A stretch of 63,796 bases of DNA, filler included, from Diploschistes diacapsis (lineage: Eukaryota), in the NCBI GenBank assembly GCA_023645945.1. It is 14 parts of 14 records of this genome, joined end to end, with 100 filler letters (N's around TTAATTAATTAA, not from the genome) between each part and the next. Parts side by side here need not be neighbours in the genome. Positions count along the whole stretch, not along the records: positions 23,821 to 45,796 come from JALAIB010000292.1; 13 more parts are not named here. One strand, 5' to 3'. The position numbers and the translations under genes are program-made. Positions 24,007 through 36,453 of this stretch are shown piece by piece. The first letter of the stretch is position 1. Each line of letters begins with the position of its first letter. The notes below the pieces were generated by a model that saw only the letters and a list, made by a program, of their open reading frames with translations, had not been told where the DNA came from and made no database searches.

Positions 24007-27000
24007 AAAGCTGCCAAGACCGCACATGTCACAGTCCTGTTTCTTAGTTCTTGGAAGACAGGGAGCGCAAAAATCAAAAGGATGGATGAATCATCATACT
24101 TGAAAGCCACCGGGGGGTACAGGCAGTGGTGGCGAAAAGTTGTCTGAATGTTCTACCGGCTCCGCGATGGTGGAGGCAGGGAATCAGATGGGAAAGAATA
24201 GCACCTGGAGCGGAGAGGCATTCGGCGCGGTGTCGAGGGAAGCGGGCTGCAAATGGGCTTGTTTCCAGAAGCAAAGCAGTGGGCTGGTGTTGGGCATGCC
24301 GTTGGCTGAGTTGATCTGAGGTCGCGGGAGCGATGTGGAAGTTTATGGAGTCGATAGGATTGATGGTTCACGATGTCTTGGAAGTTGTATGCCGAGAGAC
24401 CGAAACCGCTTGATAGACGAGAGCAATCTAAGGGATTGCCGGTGCATTAAAGCTTGACGCTACGTGTTCGTTGTGGACGGCCTATGAGCCCCCTTCTTCG
24501 CTTTTTGCTCGTCCTCGAATAGGATTGCCTCCTCTGTTCGAAGGGGGCGGGAGAGAAGAGCGACAACACAGCATGGCTCAAATGGTGGAATCCGCGTTCT
24601 TATTAGCTCTTCTCCTAGATGCCCTGGCTATCCTCTCGTCTGGCATGTTGTCTCTTCTTCTAAGATCGCGGCTGGCAAAGCACTGGAAATAGATACAGAG
24701 ATGCTACTATCAAATGATGATATTTTTTTTCTAAGCTACTTTTGCCGAAGCAGTAACCATATTCGACAAACACGTTCCTGTGCCAGTGGCAGAGAGTCCT
24801 TTGAAGTGTTTCGAGTTCCACCCATTGAACTTGGCGTGACGCAAAGAGCAAGTTCGAAGACACGGAACCTCAAGGAAGTGGCTCTGTGACTGAGTGGGCG
24901 CAGAGCCAGTGGAAAGGCACATCATGACTTCCGAATAGCCTACCTGAAGTATCGGCGAAAAGGAGAAGGTGGGCTGCCAAGACAGGATCAAAAATAAGTC
25001 CAGACAAGAACAAATGTCTCTGACCTGAAGTACGAGATACACACGGGTACCGCCTATTTCCCAGTAAGCTCATGCCTTGAAGAACAAACGCCTGTTCGGT
25101 ACATTTGAAAACTAACAGAGTGTTTCTGATATTCTTGCTCGACGATGGGGATACATCTCGATTATGTAATCAAAAATGGGCTGGTACAATGTACTCTTGT
25201 CTTCCAAAGGGCAGCAGCATTCTGGCTCCGACCCATCTAGCTGCTCTGTGTTTGTAACACAGTTGAAGTGAGGAAAGATTTGCTGCGCATAGTCCTCTGA
25301 CTCGAATGAACTCCCATGCACTCCACACGTTGTATTCTGTGTATTCGTATTAGCTCTCGACGTTTGCACCTTGTAAGAGCCTGCAAAGGCACTTGGTTTT
25401 GCCCCTTCGGATCCGCTCCAGGCTTCACGTATGCTACCTTCGTCGTGTAGCTCATCATCGACGGCTGCTACCAAAACCTGAGCGTGAACTATCCTTATGG
25501 TAGCTAAACAAGAAGGGCTGAGCCAGGCGGTCTTTTCCACATTGGGGAGCTGACCTTCTTTTGAGACCAAGTTAGGAGTCATTGCTTGCCCTTTCTAGGG
25601 GTTGCGTGCGATGCCTCTGGTTGAGAAATTAGCCGCATGGCTTGGACGTCCTTTGTGGACTTGTATTCCGATTCGTCTGTGGCCCGGTGTGGAGGCCGGT
25701 AATGGTATCGCAGCCCGATCGGCACATAAACCTAGTCAAACTGGAAAGCTCGCTACTACGCTGGAGCATGACCTGCACCATACACCCAAGAGCCCGTGCT
25801 AAGTCCCCCCTGGGTCCCAGCACAAGGGCTTATTAGAAGCCAGGCCTCATTCTCACGAGACCTATTCTGCAAGTACGAGGCGAGCAGGCACCATTCCCTG
25901 ACGATATGGGCCCTGGCCGTTATTACCTCAACCGAATATCTGACAATCTGGACTAAGCGAAGAATGAGGCTATTCTGTGTAGATATCAATCATGGTCCAC
26001 ATGCCTTGTTATTTGCTCAGACGCGCAATGAGGCGGTACATTGTACAGAAGGAACGAGCAAGGTGTGCGGCGCAGATCGCTTTGCCTCACTTCAGGTCCT
26101 CTACCTCACAATTTCAGGACCTGGAATAGAGAAAATTGGTCGGCGGATTATCAGGGATGCGCCCATGCTCGCTATGGCTTCTTACGGCACTCAAAGTGTC
26201 GGGTTGATTACACGATATCGTGACAGCCCCCCCCTAAGAGACTCGATCTGCTGTTCTGTTCTGTTGCCTTGTTGTGCTAATCCTTCAACTGATTTCTGGG
26301 ACGTATCACGTCCGTCCCTTCGAGTAGTGATAAGCAATCAGCATGTGGAAGCAAGTCGTTTGGAACAGTACCCCTGGTGCCCGAGGGATTGGACGGTTTG
26401 TAGCCCCGCAATTGATGAAGGGGAGTAAGCTTTGTTCAAGGAGGCAGGGGCCACAGTGTGATCCTGTCAAGGAACGAAGGGTGTGACTCATGGTATTATT
26501 ATTGAGATGCGTTGAAAACAAGTCTCGTAACGTGCAAAGCTTGGTTGCGCCCCCTGCATCCTGATCTCGAAAGATTCGTACGTCTCGCGCGGCGTCTCAG
26601 GCTCGGGATAGCGGATGAGTAACGCTTCAAAGGACTGTGACGTGGGGCCGACTGCGGCCGGTTCGAAGCATGGGCTGGAAGACCCAAGGCGATTGTGATC
26701 ATCCCCATGCCTTGCTAGTGAGTGAACTTGACCCGACTGAGCCACTCAGGTATATGCGTGTAAATCACGATGAACAAATCTTGTTGAAGACATAGAAGGA
26801 CAAGTAGGGAATAATGCCGCCATCGTTTCAAGCCTTGTATAACGAGAACGAACGAACAATTCGGTAGATTCGCTCGCACCCTTCTACCGGACAGCCAAAC
26901 AGCCTCAAGCACCTTACCTACGAGGCCACCCGAGACATGAACGACGTAAAGGATTATTTTCACCTTCTGCGACAGCCTCGTTCGCTCTCCATGTCCACCC

Positions 27001-28238
27001 GCACACGCCTTGGGCCGGCACTGGTCCCGTCTGTCTGCGTAAGCACTTAGAAAGTAGATACAAAGTAACAGCAACGTTTGTACCTGCATGCAAATGGGAG
27101 TGGGCAAAGCTACCCGTCCGTACTTGAACCCGGACGAGTTCTTGCGCAATAGAAAACGTACCTCTCTGCACAAGACTTTTGTATTTTCCAAAACGGAGCC
27201 CGATAAACTGTACCGTAATTGGTGCTCAGGAATACGCAGTAGCTGTGTACGGTTACTACTTACGCAAAAGGAAGGCAGGTAAGGGGACTGGCGGCCCTGA
27301 ACGACGCACGCTGCGCCCATTCAGGGTATAACCCGGAAAGTGGTTTTCAACCAGCAGCCGCAGGGCCCCATCGGATTTTGCCGATTGGCTTCCAGCAACG
27401 CGCCACAGGGAGAATTTTGGTACAACATCGGTCCATGTCGGTGCTTTGTCCTGGTGGTTTTACTTTCTCTTCCGAAGTTGACTCGTAACTTCAACAGTTC
27501 GGACGGTAGGAAAAGCAGGTATTGGGCTGAGACGCCCGTGTCCCATGTTCATAGTCCGAAGCCTTTGCCTTGAAAAAGAAGCATAGGTAGTGTGGCTTGG
27601 AGCTCGGAGTGTGGGCGTTGGGGGAAGTGATGTGATGTGGAAGAAGGCGAATTTGAAGCAAAGTTTTTATCTACACAATCCACTAGTATGGTGGCGGTCA
27701 CGTGTGGGATTTGCTGATTGATTTTTCTTAATCGCACATGGCATTTGCTTCAACACTAGATACCCTTACAGTTGAGATGTTCGACTATCCAAGCCTCAAC
27801 AACAACGCTCTCCGTTCTTTGTCTATCTGTGTAACAGAGCTTTCTCCTATTCATCTATTGCCTCATGGCTTTTCCTCTCTTATACAAAATGTCTGCGCTA
27901 TCTGGCCAGTAGTCTCGAAGATCAGTGAAACACGAATGGGGCTTATAATATACAGCCCACGGGGAAAATTTCTATAAATGCACCCAGGGGTATAATCCAT
28001 GCTGTTTCCAAACCCATGAAAAAAACCCCCCCCAATTCCCTTGGCGGGTTTCTGTATCCCATCTTCTAATACCTTGCGCCTGTGTACGAAGATCAAACCC
28101 GAGGATGAACAGACATACCAATGCCCAAGAAGCTGATGCGCCAAGTTTACATGTCATAATTACCCAAAGAAAGAAAGTCTGCGTAGTCCCAGGCAGTAGT
28201 AACACAGAAGAAATTTATGGTGGAAAGGAACGTGTAAG

Positions 28239-29301
28239 TTATCCTTGTCTTGCCGAGCGAGAAGGCATGGGAAGATTCGGCCTCGGTCCGGGTCCAGTCG
28301 GCTCTTCGGCGCCATCTTCTAGGAGATGCAGGCATTCGAGTAGAACTTCGTCCAGAATCAGCAAATCGTCCACATGATGCTCGATGCAGGTGTTGTTACC
28401 ATTCATGATTTCCTCCTCCCAGATGCCCATTTCGTAGTCCACAAGACCATGTTTCTCCATCGAGTCGCACATCCGGACCAGCTCGCGCGCCATGCGTTCG
28501 AGAAAAGCTTCCTGCAGCAGCGTCTGATTCTCCGGTAATCGCTGGTTCGAATCGATCATCTGCTGCGTGTTGTCCTTCTGTCGCTGCAGAACGGCAAGCC
28601 AGCAGTTGTTGAAGTCGGTCCACAACTTCAGGCGCTGGCTCTGCAGCTCGGGCTCGTCCTTGGTCAGGCCTGCATCAAGTGGGTCAGGGCGTATGCAACT
28701 ACCGAATAAGGCGAACTCACCCAGCTCGCTTGCGTGACCGACCAGCCAGTCGGAGAGATCCAGAAGTCGATGCCCTGCTTCGACCAGTCTCCCCTCGTGT
28801 GTGTACCGGTACGTTTGCTTGAGCGATTCAAGGTAAGTCTTGTACGGTTCTTCGTTCGCCGAAGGGTCGTGAGGCGCTTCCGCCTGTTCGAGCAGGTTTG
28901 ACATGGTGAGCGGAGGGTAATCGGCCGTTGCTGCAGCATACGGAGTGCTCTCTGGCGGTCGATTGGTGGCAAGGCTTTGTGGGAAAGGAGCTTGCTGCTG
29001 ATATTGTGCGGAGGCATACACTTGAGGTATTTGAGTTGATGCGCTGGTGGGTTCGCCGGTATTATAGTACTGTGGAACGCCAAATTGAGTCGAAAGGACC
29101 TCGATCGCCGCCGACTGCCTTGGTTGGTGGTATTGTTGCACAGGATCATAGCTGGAAGGCGGCTGCTGAGCTGGCTGGACTTGGGCAGGTAGGGGATACA
29201 TCATACTCGATGAGTATGACGGATACTGCTGATGTCTCTGCGCGTCATGCGGGAACCCCGTCTGGTAGTTCATCGAGGAGTCTTGCATTTGTGGTGCATA
29301 G

Positions 29302-29343
<42 letters not shown>

Positions 29344-29552
29344 CGTCCCTGTTGCGCGTACGGGTAGACTCTGAGCGGCTGGCCGTGAGTTCCAGCGCTT
29401 GCTTCTGAGCTACTTGTGGTTATCTGCCGTGCTTGGGCCTGCGGCTGCCCATATCTTTCTGGAACATTGCTCCCCGTGATGTTCCCCCCGTAGCCCCTGG
29501 CTGTCTGGTATGTTGTCTGCTCATACTGTCGATCCGGATCGACTCCTTCCAT
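28239..29552 (-). CDS. Conserved Pezizomycotina-type protein of unknown function with Q/Y/P-rich N-terminus and helical C-terminal domain; introns 28670-28720 and 28346-28399
   Basis: 437-aa open frame. C-terminal GRLVEAGHRLLDLSDWLVGHASELGL..D...RLKLWTDFNNCWLAVLQRQKD...LVRMCDSMEKHGLVDYEMGIWEEEI. GT-AG introns have branch sites. Confidence 0.8.
29304..29342 (-). repeat. (CAG)13 coding polyglutamine tract
   Basis: Pure TGC run on the plus strand; Q13 in the translation. Confidence 0.92.
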
Positions 29553-31710
29553 TCCAGACTGACTTGGCTTAACGAGCCCAGGAAGCTGCGTCGGATTCTG
29601 AGAAGCCGTAGGCTACACCGGTGGCGTAATCAAATAAGCCAGCCTCTCGGAATCCCTCAGGTCGACAATTTAGGAAGAATCGGTTTGGCTGCGCATGCGG
29701 ACAGCAAGAATACTCTGCTGCTGCAAGTAAGCTATACGAGGATTGCGCAATGCCTGTGGACCATGGGAGCTGGGTATTATGTAGTTTTCGATCGGGCGTA
29801 CTCACCGTGGAGCGGATCATTCACGCCGTCCTCTGGTTTTGGTCTTCTCCAGCCTCATGTGTTGTGATCGAGTATGCTGTTTTCTCCAGTCAAGCAGAGG
29901 AGCTCGACAGCTCGAGCCAAGATAATCGCCCTGACACAACAGCGATCCGCAAGCCTTGAGATCTACCCGACTGCGCCCAGAAAATAGCTAATACATGCAA
30001 CTTGCCCTATTCAGAAGTCGAATCGTAGCGGAGACTAGAGACGCTCCAGGGGTTTGCACAATGACGAGGTTCTCGCGTGGTCCGAACACATCTCTTGAGG
30101 TTTTGATCAGACTGTAGTGAAAAATGCGCTATGGATTCCGATAAGGTCATGCAGAATCCGGGTGTCGAACTTGTAGGTTAGGCTTTCGAAGAGAGAGTCG
30201 CGTCATCAAAACTGGGGCGTTCTCGGTTCATTGGCAACGGACCGTGCGTGGTCAGAGGTAGCAGCAACCGGTGAAAGCAAGCTTGCGGTCGTTACTTTTC
30301 GAAGACGTTGATAGGTGAGTAGGTTCGACGCTAGTGAATGGGTTCTGTGTCCGATATGGTGGTATTCCCGAAGCAGGGCTTGGAATATGTCTCAAGTGAA
30401 GCTTCTATGCGGTGTCGACGAGGGTATAAAAAAAAATTCCTGCCCGAGGTGTGTGCCGACAAGGATGTGGTGGGGATTTGGTTTGAGGCGCTCACGATCC
30501 AAGAAGCCCAAGAAACGGACGAAGAACGATAATCTTACGGATTGTATGCAGTATCCGATCCGAGGGGTTGGGAGGTGTGCTGTTGGTCAGGCAAATGATG
30601 ACTGCGTTGGAATCACACGGTTCCAGCCGCGGAACGCTTGAGTCGGTAATCAGGAGGTATCCAAGCACCTCGAAGCACGACAAGGCAGCAGAACGTCAAT
30701 TATCGTCCAGGGGCGAGGACGTCCGTGCAGGATTGCGAAGACAAGGCTTGATTGGCAGTGGTCTTGATGGTGCCCTATAAGGATCATGGGCCGTGGGCCA
30801 TGGAGCAGTTCTTTGTAATATATCCCTCTCCTGCAATGACCGAGAGACACAGCTGGAGCTCGCCGACCGCGAGCAGGTCCTGCTGCGAAGAGGATGAATA
30901 AACCAGTTGCAAGGAGAATAGCGCGTCAGATGGCGAGAAGAAAGGTGGCAGTGTCAAATTAGCTCCATACCTCAGCCGTTCACGAGCTTGACGAGCTGCC
31001 AGGCAGTTAAGCATGAAACGAGGAAGAAGGAATAAAAGAAAGGGGAAAGAACTGGGCCGACAGGCCTGGAAAGTGAAGCTGAAATGAGATGGAGCAGCCA
31101 ATTACTGATGCCTAACAGGAGCTTGATGCTGTTTCGCGAGCTGAGGCTACAAGGGAGGTACAAGAGGTGAAACTAAAATAGGGCCGTCTCCGGCCAAGAG
31201 ATGCGCCGAGTTTGTAGCGTTGCTGCGTTCTGGAAAATATAAAATATCCAGTGCGGCAACTTCCATAGAAAGGCGAGAGCAACAACAGCTGGTTGGAAAG
31301 TGAAATCAGGAATGCGAGTTAAAAAGAGTTAAAATACGGAAAGAATGCGAAGACAAGGAGCGACAGAATCATGTTGCAAGTCTGGCAAAGCAGTGGAGAA
31401 TAGAGCGAAGCGTTTGAAAGGTCAGATGGTTTTTTTGACTAGCAGTTCCGTCCGTGACCATGTTGGGAAGCCTTTCTTACTTGGAAAAGCATAGAGCCCA
31501 TTAAGTGACTCGGCTTTGGACTTCGCCCACTCGCAGTCGTTATAGGACCAACGCTGGGCAAAACATGTTGTGGTAATACTGGTGGACCTGGTGGTGAAAG
31601 CTCATCTCCGTAATAAGTCGAAGCTGTTGCACATTCATTCGCATTAGAGACAGGGAGAGGGGAGGAGGGTGGGTGTAGGTGATCAGATCAGCGAAGATGC
31701 ATTGTACGAA

Positions 31711-31978
31711 TAGTAGTAGTAGTGGTAGTGGTAGTAGTAGTAGAGTGATTCTATCCCATCCCATCCCAATCCCATCCCATCCCATCCACTCACGTCATAT
31801 TTATTCCAATTGCGTCCCGTGGTGCACGTGCTTTGGGGCTGTTTTGGGGGCCTCGTGCGCGTGTGTTGCGAGTTGTTTCATGTCCCACGAGGGTGAAAAG
31901 GATGGGTTTGGGGTTTGGCTGTGGCTGTGGCTGTGGCTGTGGGTAAGAGTTGAGTGTGAGTTTGAGTGTGTGAGTGTA
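31711..31978. repeat. Cluster of simple repeats: (TAG/TGG)n, (ATCCC)n, (GGCTGT)4 and GAGTGT-like
   Basis: Directly visible at 31711-31743, 31753-31787 and 31917-31978. Confidence 0.85.
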
Positions 31979-34900
31979 CGCCACATCAATTGTGGCGTTG
32001 GGGGCCAATCTCAACCCGTGACAAGTGCACACCCCACTTAAGGTCTCCCAGAACGATGGAATCCAATAGATGGCCAGCCAAGAAAATATCGCATGTTTTA
32101 ATGTCTTATTATTCCATCAAAGCAGCCTCCACTACCAGATCGACACAGAGATATTACCATGATACCACACAATGCAGCACTTCCTTGCCCAGTGTAGTGA
32201 CTATTACGAAACTGATTCATTTGTGGGCACCGTAATGTATCTGACAAATTGGAAAGGTTTGATCACCGATATTGTTGCAATCGAGGTTATGAGTTTGAAT
32301 CGGCTTTGAAATCGTGTTGAACCGGGTCTTTGTGTATATAATAGTCAGCTAGTCTACCCAATTATTTAATTATTTAATAACGCATACCTGGTAAGACGGT
32401 GGTGTGGACCCCTCCCACCAAGTAGCAATACTTATATCCGAAAAATTGCCAAGCCTGATCGTCACCTAACGAAACTTAAGTCAAACAATCTCCTACCCAC
32501 TTTTTAATGCGGATTCAAGGTCATGTTAAGACAATGTCTCATCATCATCAGCAGGATCAAGGGCCATTCTTGGTACTTTTCCGAATACTTCGAGGCCGGA
32601 AACGTGGCCCACGTCAATCCATACTGCATATCTGGTAGCCCTTGGGCCGCATCGTGTGGTTTGCTAATGCAGAACCCAAAATGGCTTCCCACGAAGCGAA
32701 CATATGTACAGCCGGTACTGTCTTCTGATTCGCCAGATCTAACCTCGTTCTTGCGGAAGGCAGGACAAGGCATACGATGGGAAAGAAGGTGAAGCCCAAC
32801 GGCGGGCATTTTTTCCGAGATATCGGTTGAAGAATGGAAACTTAGACGCAAGACAATTCGGAGTTTCTCGCATTATAGGCATCAAACTCTCATTCTCGCC
32901 TGCAATCAGGCCTTATACGTCCTACAAAGTCATATCCTCCTCTCCACTCTTTGAAAAGCACGCCAACCGCGTGAGATGACATCGCTCGTCGGTGCTTGGC
33001 TCGGGGTTCCTTGCTCGACCATCCCCTGTGAGCCGCAGTGTCGGGCAGAGCCGCATGGCCTGTGCGAGGTCGATCATTACAACCTTGTACGCCGCTTGAT
33101 GACATATATATTTCTGGAAAATCGACTCCATAATAGCCCGGCTACTTAACATTGTCCCTTAGTTGCCTTTTCAGAGTTACTTTTTGCAATGGCTGTTGTC
33201 TTGCGCTTATGAAACGGCTAATCTCCGTTCTATGTGTGTTTCTAATTTGATGCTATACTATGCCCAGTGGCACACCTCTAGGGCATCGGTCCTCGGCTGA
33301 CCCGAGAGCGAGCTCGCTTGCGGAGCTGCATACCCACCGCATCCAAGTCAAGCTCAAACTAACTAGTAAGGTGGTGGAAGAAGCCGTCTGTCTAACGGAC
33401 TATAGTTAGATCATTCCAAAATTTCCGAGTCAGAACCTAATATAGTTTAGCGCATGGCCTAATAGAGTAGCTTCTGCGTACATCCCTTAAAAAGGTTAGC
33501 GCCTCTCGCCAAGCGCCAAGTCTCGTTAAGAAAGCCAATTGCAATGAAGTGGTACAAGGCCAAAAGCGATTATTATCTCTTGTATCTCTTCAGAGCGCAT
33601 CAAAATTCGATTTCCCCTGTTCAATAGTCACACATATTGGCTCGCCTATAAGAAATCTGCTCCAACCAAAAATCATGTCGCGTTGGTTTTTGCCTCAGCC
33701 GCCTTGAAGTTCCCTCATGTGAACCCCAATCTTTGTTTGTCTCTCTCTCATGAGGATACTTTCGGTAACTCGATTTGCTTGGATTGGCGCATAAGGATCC
33801 TCCTTCAGTGTTTCCGGGACCAGCTGCGCAAGACAGGAGCCAGTTGATGCAATATCATAGGCCAAAGACCCGCGGTCTTCCGTCCATTACCACGAACTAG
33901 GCGGATCTAAGAGGAGGAAAATGGCCTACCGCTAGCAGAATTCAGACTCCCGTCTCACAATGTCTATAGATTTTTTTTGCCCATCTCAGCGTCTATGAGC
34001 GGCGTCCTAACTACCAACTTGGAGGGAATCAAGTTCTTTGGAGTGAGCTCTATATGACACACTGCTTTGTACCTGAATCAAGGAATATGGATATGCATTC
34101 ATCCATCAGCGCGTTCGAACACAATAGTGCCGCCTACAAAATATTGTGTCCGGGCTACATGGAAATAGACATATTCGGGTTCTTATTGTTCACAACTACG
34201 GGAAAAGTGTGGCAACTAACTTCAGACACTCGTAGAGGCCCTGAAGCCATCCTTCTTTCCATTCAGCCGGTAGCTGTTCGCTGCAGAGGTTTCCTCAATT
34301 ATTCAACTTCAATCAGGTCATATCGCCCAGCTGAAAGTGGAACACACATGTCGTACAGCTTGATCTGTACCACACACTGCGCCACTCGAATCCAGCCAGC
34401 CCTCAGTCAGGCAAAGTTGACCCCAAATAGGTTGATTATGCTGCATAAGGCCTGTTGGTTTCTTGCAATCCCCTATAACTGGAAGAGTCGCCCCGAAAAT
34501 TGCAAGCATGGAATGATTCACATTCATTTCGCTAGCACAATTCAGCCATTTGCAATGTAGGAGCGTGGACTTTCCGATCCGTACTATACGGGTGGGGCAG
34601 CTTACATTACTGAACCCATCCTATGGTGTCTCCAACTTGCAGCTTTACGATGGCAATCAGCTAACGATGCCTTGCGCTTGGAACTGCTATTGCGCTCACT
34701 CCGTGCCGATAAGTCCGACAATGATGAACTAACAACTCTTAGGGATCGATTACCCTGCTGACCTCGTGGATTTGAGAGCCCTTAGGCAGACGTTCCGTAT
34801 AGCTGGTGCTCGGATATTTGATTCTTCTGCATTCGAGGGCCACCAACGTTGGATGAGCGCCAGCCCGTTCTAGTTATGTCGAGTATCGATGTCGAGACGC

Positions 34901-36453
34901 TGCTGATGCATGTCTCTCCGTCACTGCAACATTGTATCTGTTTTTGAGCCATGATTTGTGTACTTGAAGCCGTGCATAGCCATTTTTCTTATTGCCGCCT
35001 GATTCTCGGTACTGTTCTCGCTGGTTGCTTATGAAGCCTCCTGGCAACATGCATACCGCGCACCGAGATCTTTCCTGTGGCCTTGAGTAACCAACAGCAG
35101 GAATTCTTACGCATGACGCGGGAGGTTACGTTCAACCACGTCGCTCTAGGACGCGTCCGCGTAAGATTATAGCAACGACTAGACTGGTTAGGCGTTGTGC
35201 ACGGTATTGCTTTACCACCGAGAGCCTAATCGATGGCAGATTGTCTCGGTAAATATAGAATTATATTGCCAATGAACGACCAAGCCGGCCACGTCCAAGA
35301 TCGCTGAGGCGTGTCTCCCCTCTTGACAGGATTCTTCGAGGCAAATAAGATTTATTTCCGTTTTTGCAACAGAATCTACACTATAGACATCCACGAGGCA
35401 CCCTCACGAATTACTTGCGCCCACAAGCAGAGAGCCCTGCCGGAAGAATGCATCTCGAGGATACCTGTACCACCCGCCCTTCAAGGCTCAAGGGTGAACA
35501 AATTAAAGATGAGAAAACCCCCCAAATTCCGGGCGCCCAACCTCGAACGTACTGCAAGCCTCACCCTCTCCTTCCCATCCCCCCCCCATCTCCCATCTCC
35601 CATCTCCCCGTTAGCAAGACGAGTGCATGCAACGCAATCGGGCATCCGCGCCGTCGAAAAAAGGAAAGCGACTCGGAGCTAGCAGAACATTGTGCGGCAT
35701 CGGCCATGCGGGACCCACTGCCCCTTTAATGCTCTGGGCCTCTCTGGGCGGGGATTCGTAGAGACCCGAAGAACTGTCGCGTCGAACGGGCACGCATCTA
35801 CCTGAATCCCTCTCTCTGCCTTTCGCTGAAGAGAGAGATCTCGAGATTTGCGGGTCCGGGGTCGTCGATCGACAGGGAGCGCGCGACGCAGAGCAAGGGA
35901 TTAAGAAAGTGGTCAAGAGGGAGAGAAGAAAGGCTTACGGGGATGTCGTGTAGTAAGAGTTTTTTTTTTTTTTTTTTTGGGAAACAGATTCTTACGAAAA
36001 CTTGGAAATACTTCTTTTTCTTGCTGGGGCCCGATGGGGGTTTCGCTGCTTAATACGTGCTTCCCCGTCACACACACACCAAACCACCGGACACGGTTCG
36101 TTTCACAGCATGCTTTTCGTTGTTGCAAGAAACCTTCTCGGGGATTCATCATTTGCTATCGTGGGGGTATGTGTGTGTGATACATGACAACATGGCTGCA
36201 TCTATCTGACGGAGAACCGCTCATGACGCGTTGCGCGTGGAAAAAGTGAACAAATCCTGGTTTTTCACCATAGCTAGTTCCCATGCTTCATAAAAAACAT
36301 TCACCTCGGCACAGCTCGGCCAGCTTAGTTGCGCTCCAACAATTGCACGTACCGTCCCCCTCACATGGCAGCATATCATGCCAGTCAAGCAGCGAGCATC
36401 GCCCCAATAAAGCGCTTTTTCCGACACAACCCCCAACACATAAGGAGACCAGT

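Noticed and set aside
26630..26690. GGTTCGA T-loop-like motif suggesting a tRNA
   Set aside because: No cloverleaf or A-box could be built; no tRNA or rRNA gene was found in the window.
25796..27320. 210-aa and 201-aa ORFs
   Set aside because: No recognisable domain and composition not protein-like; not called as CDS.
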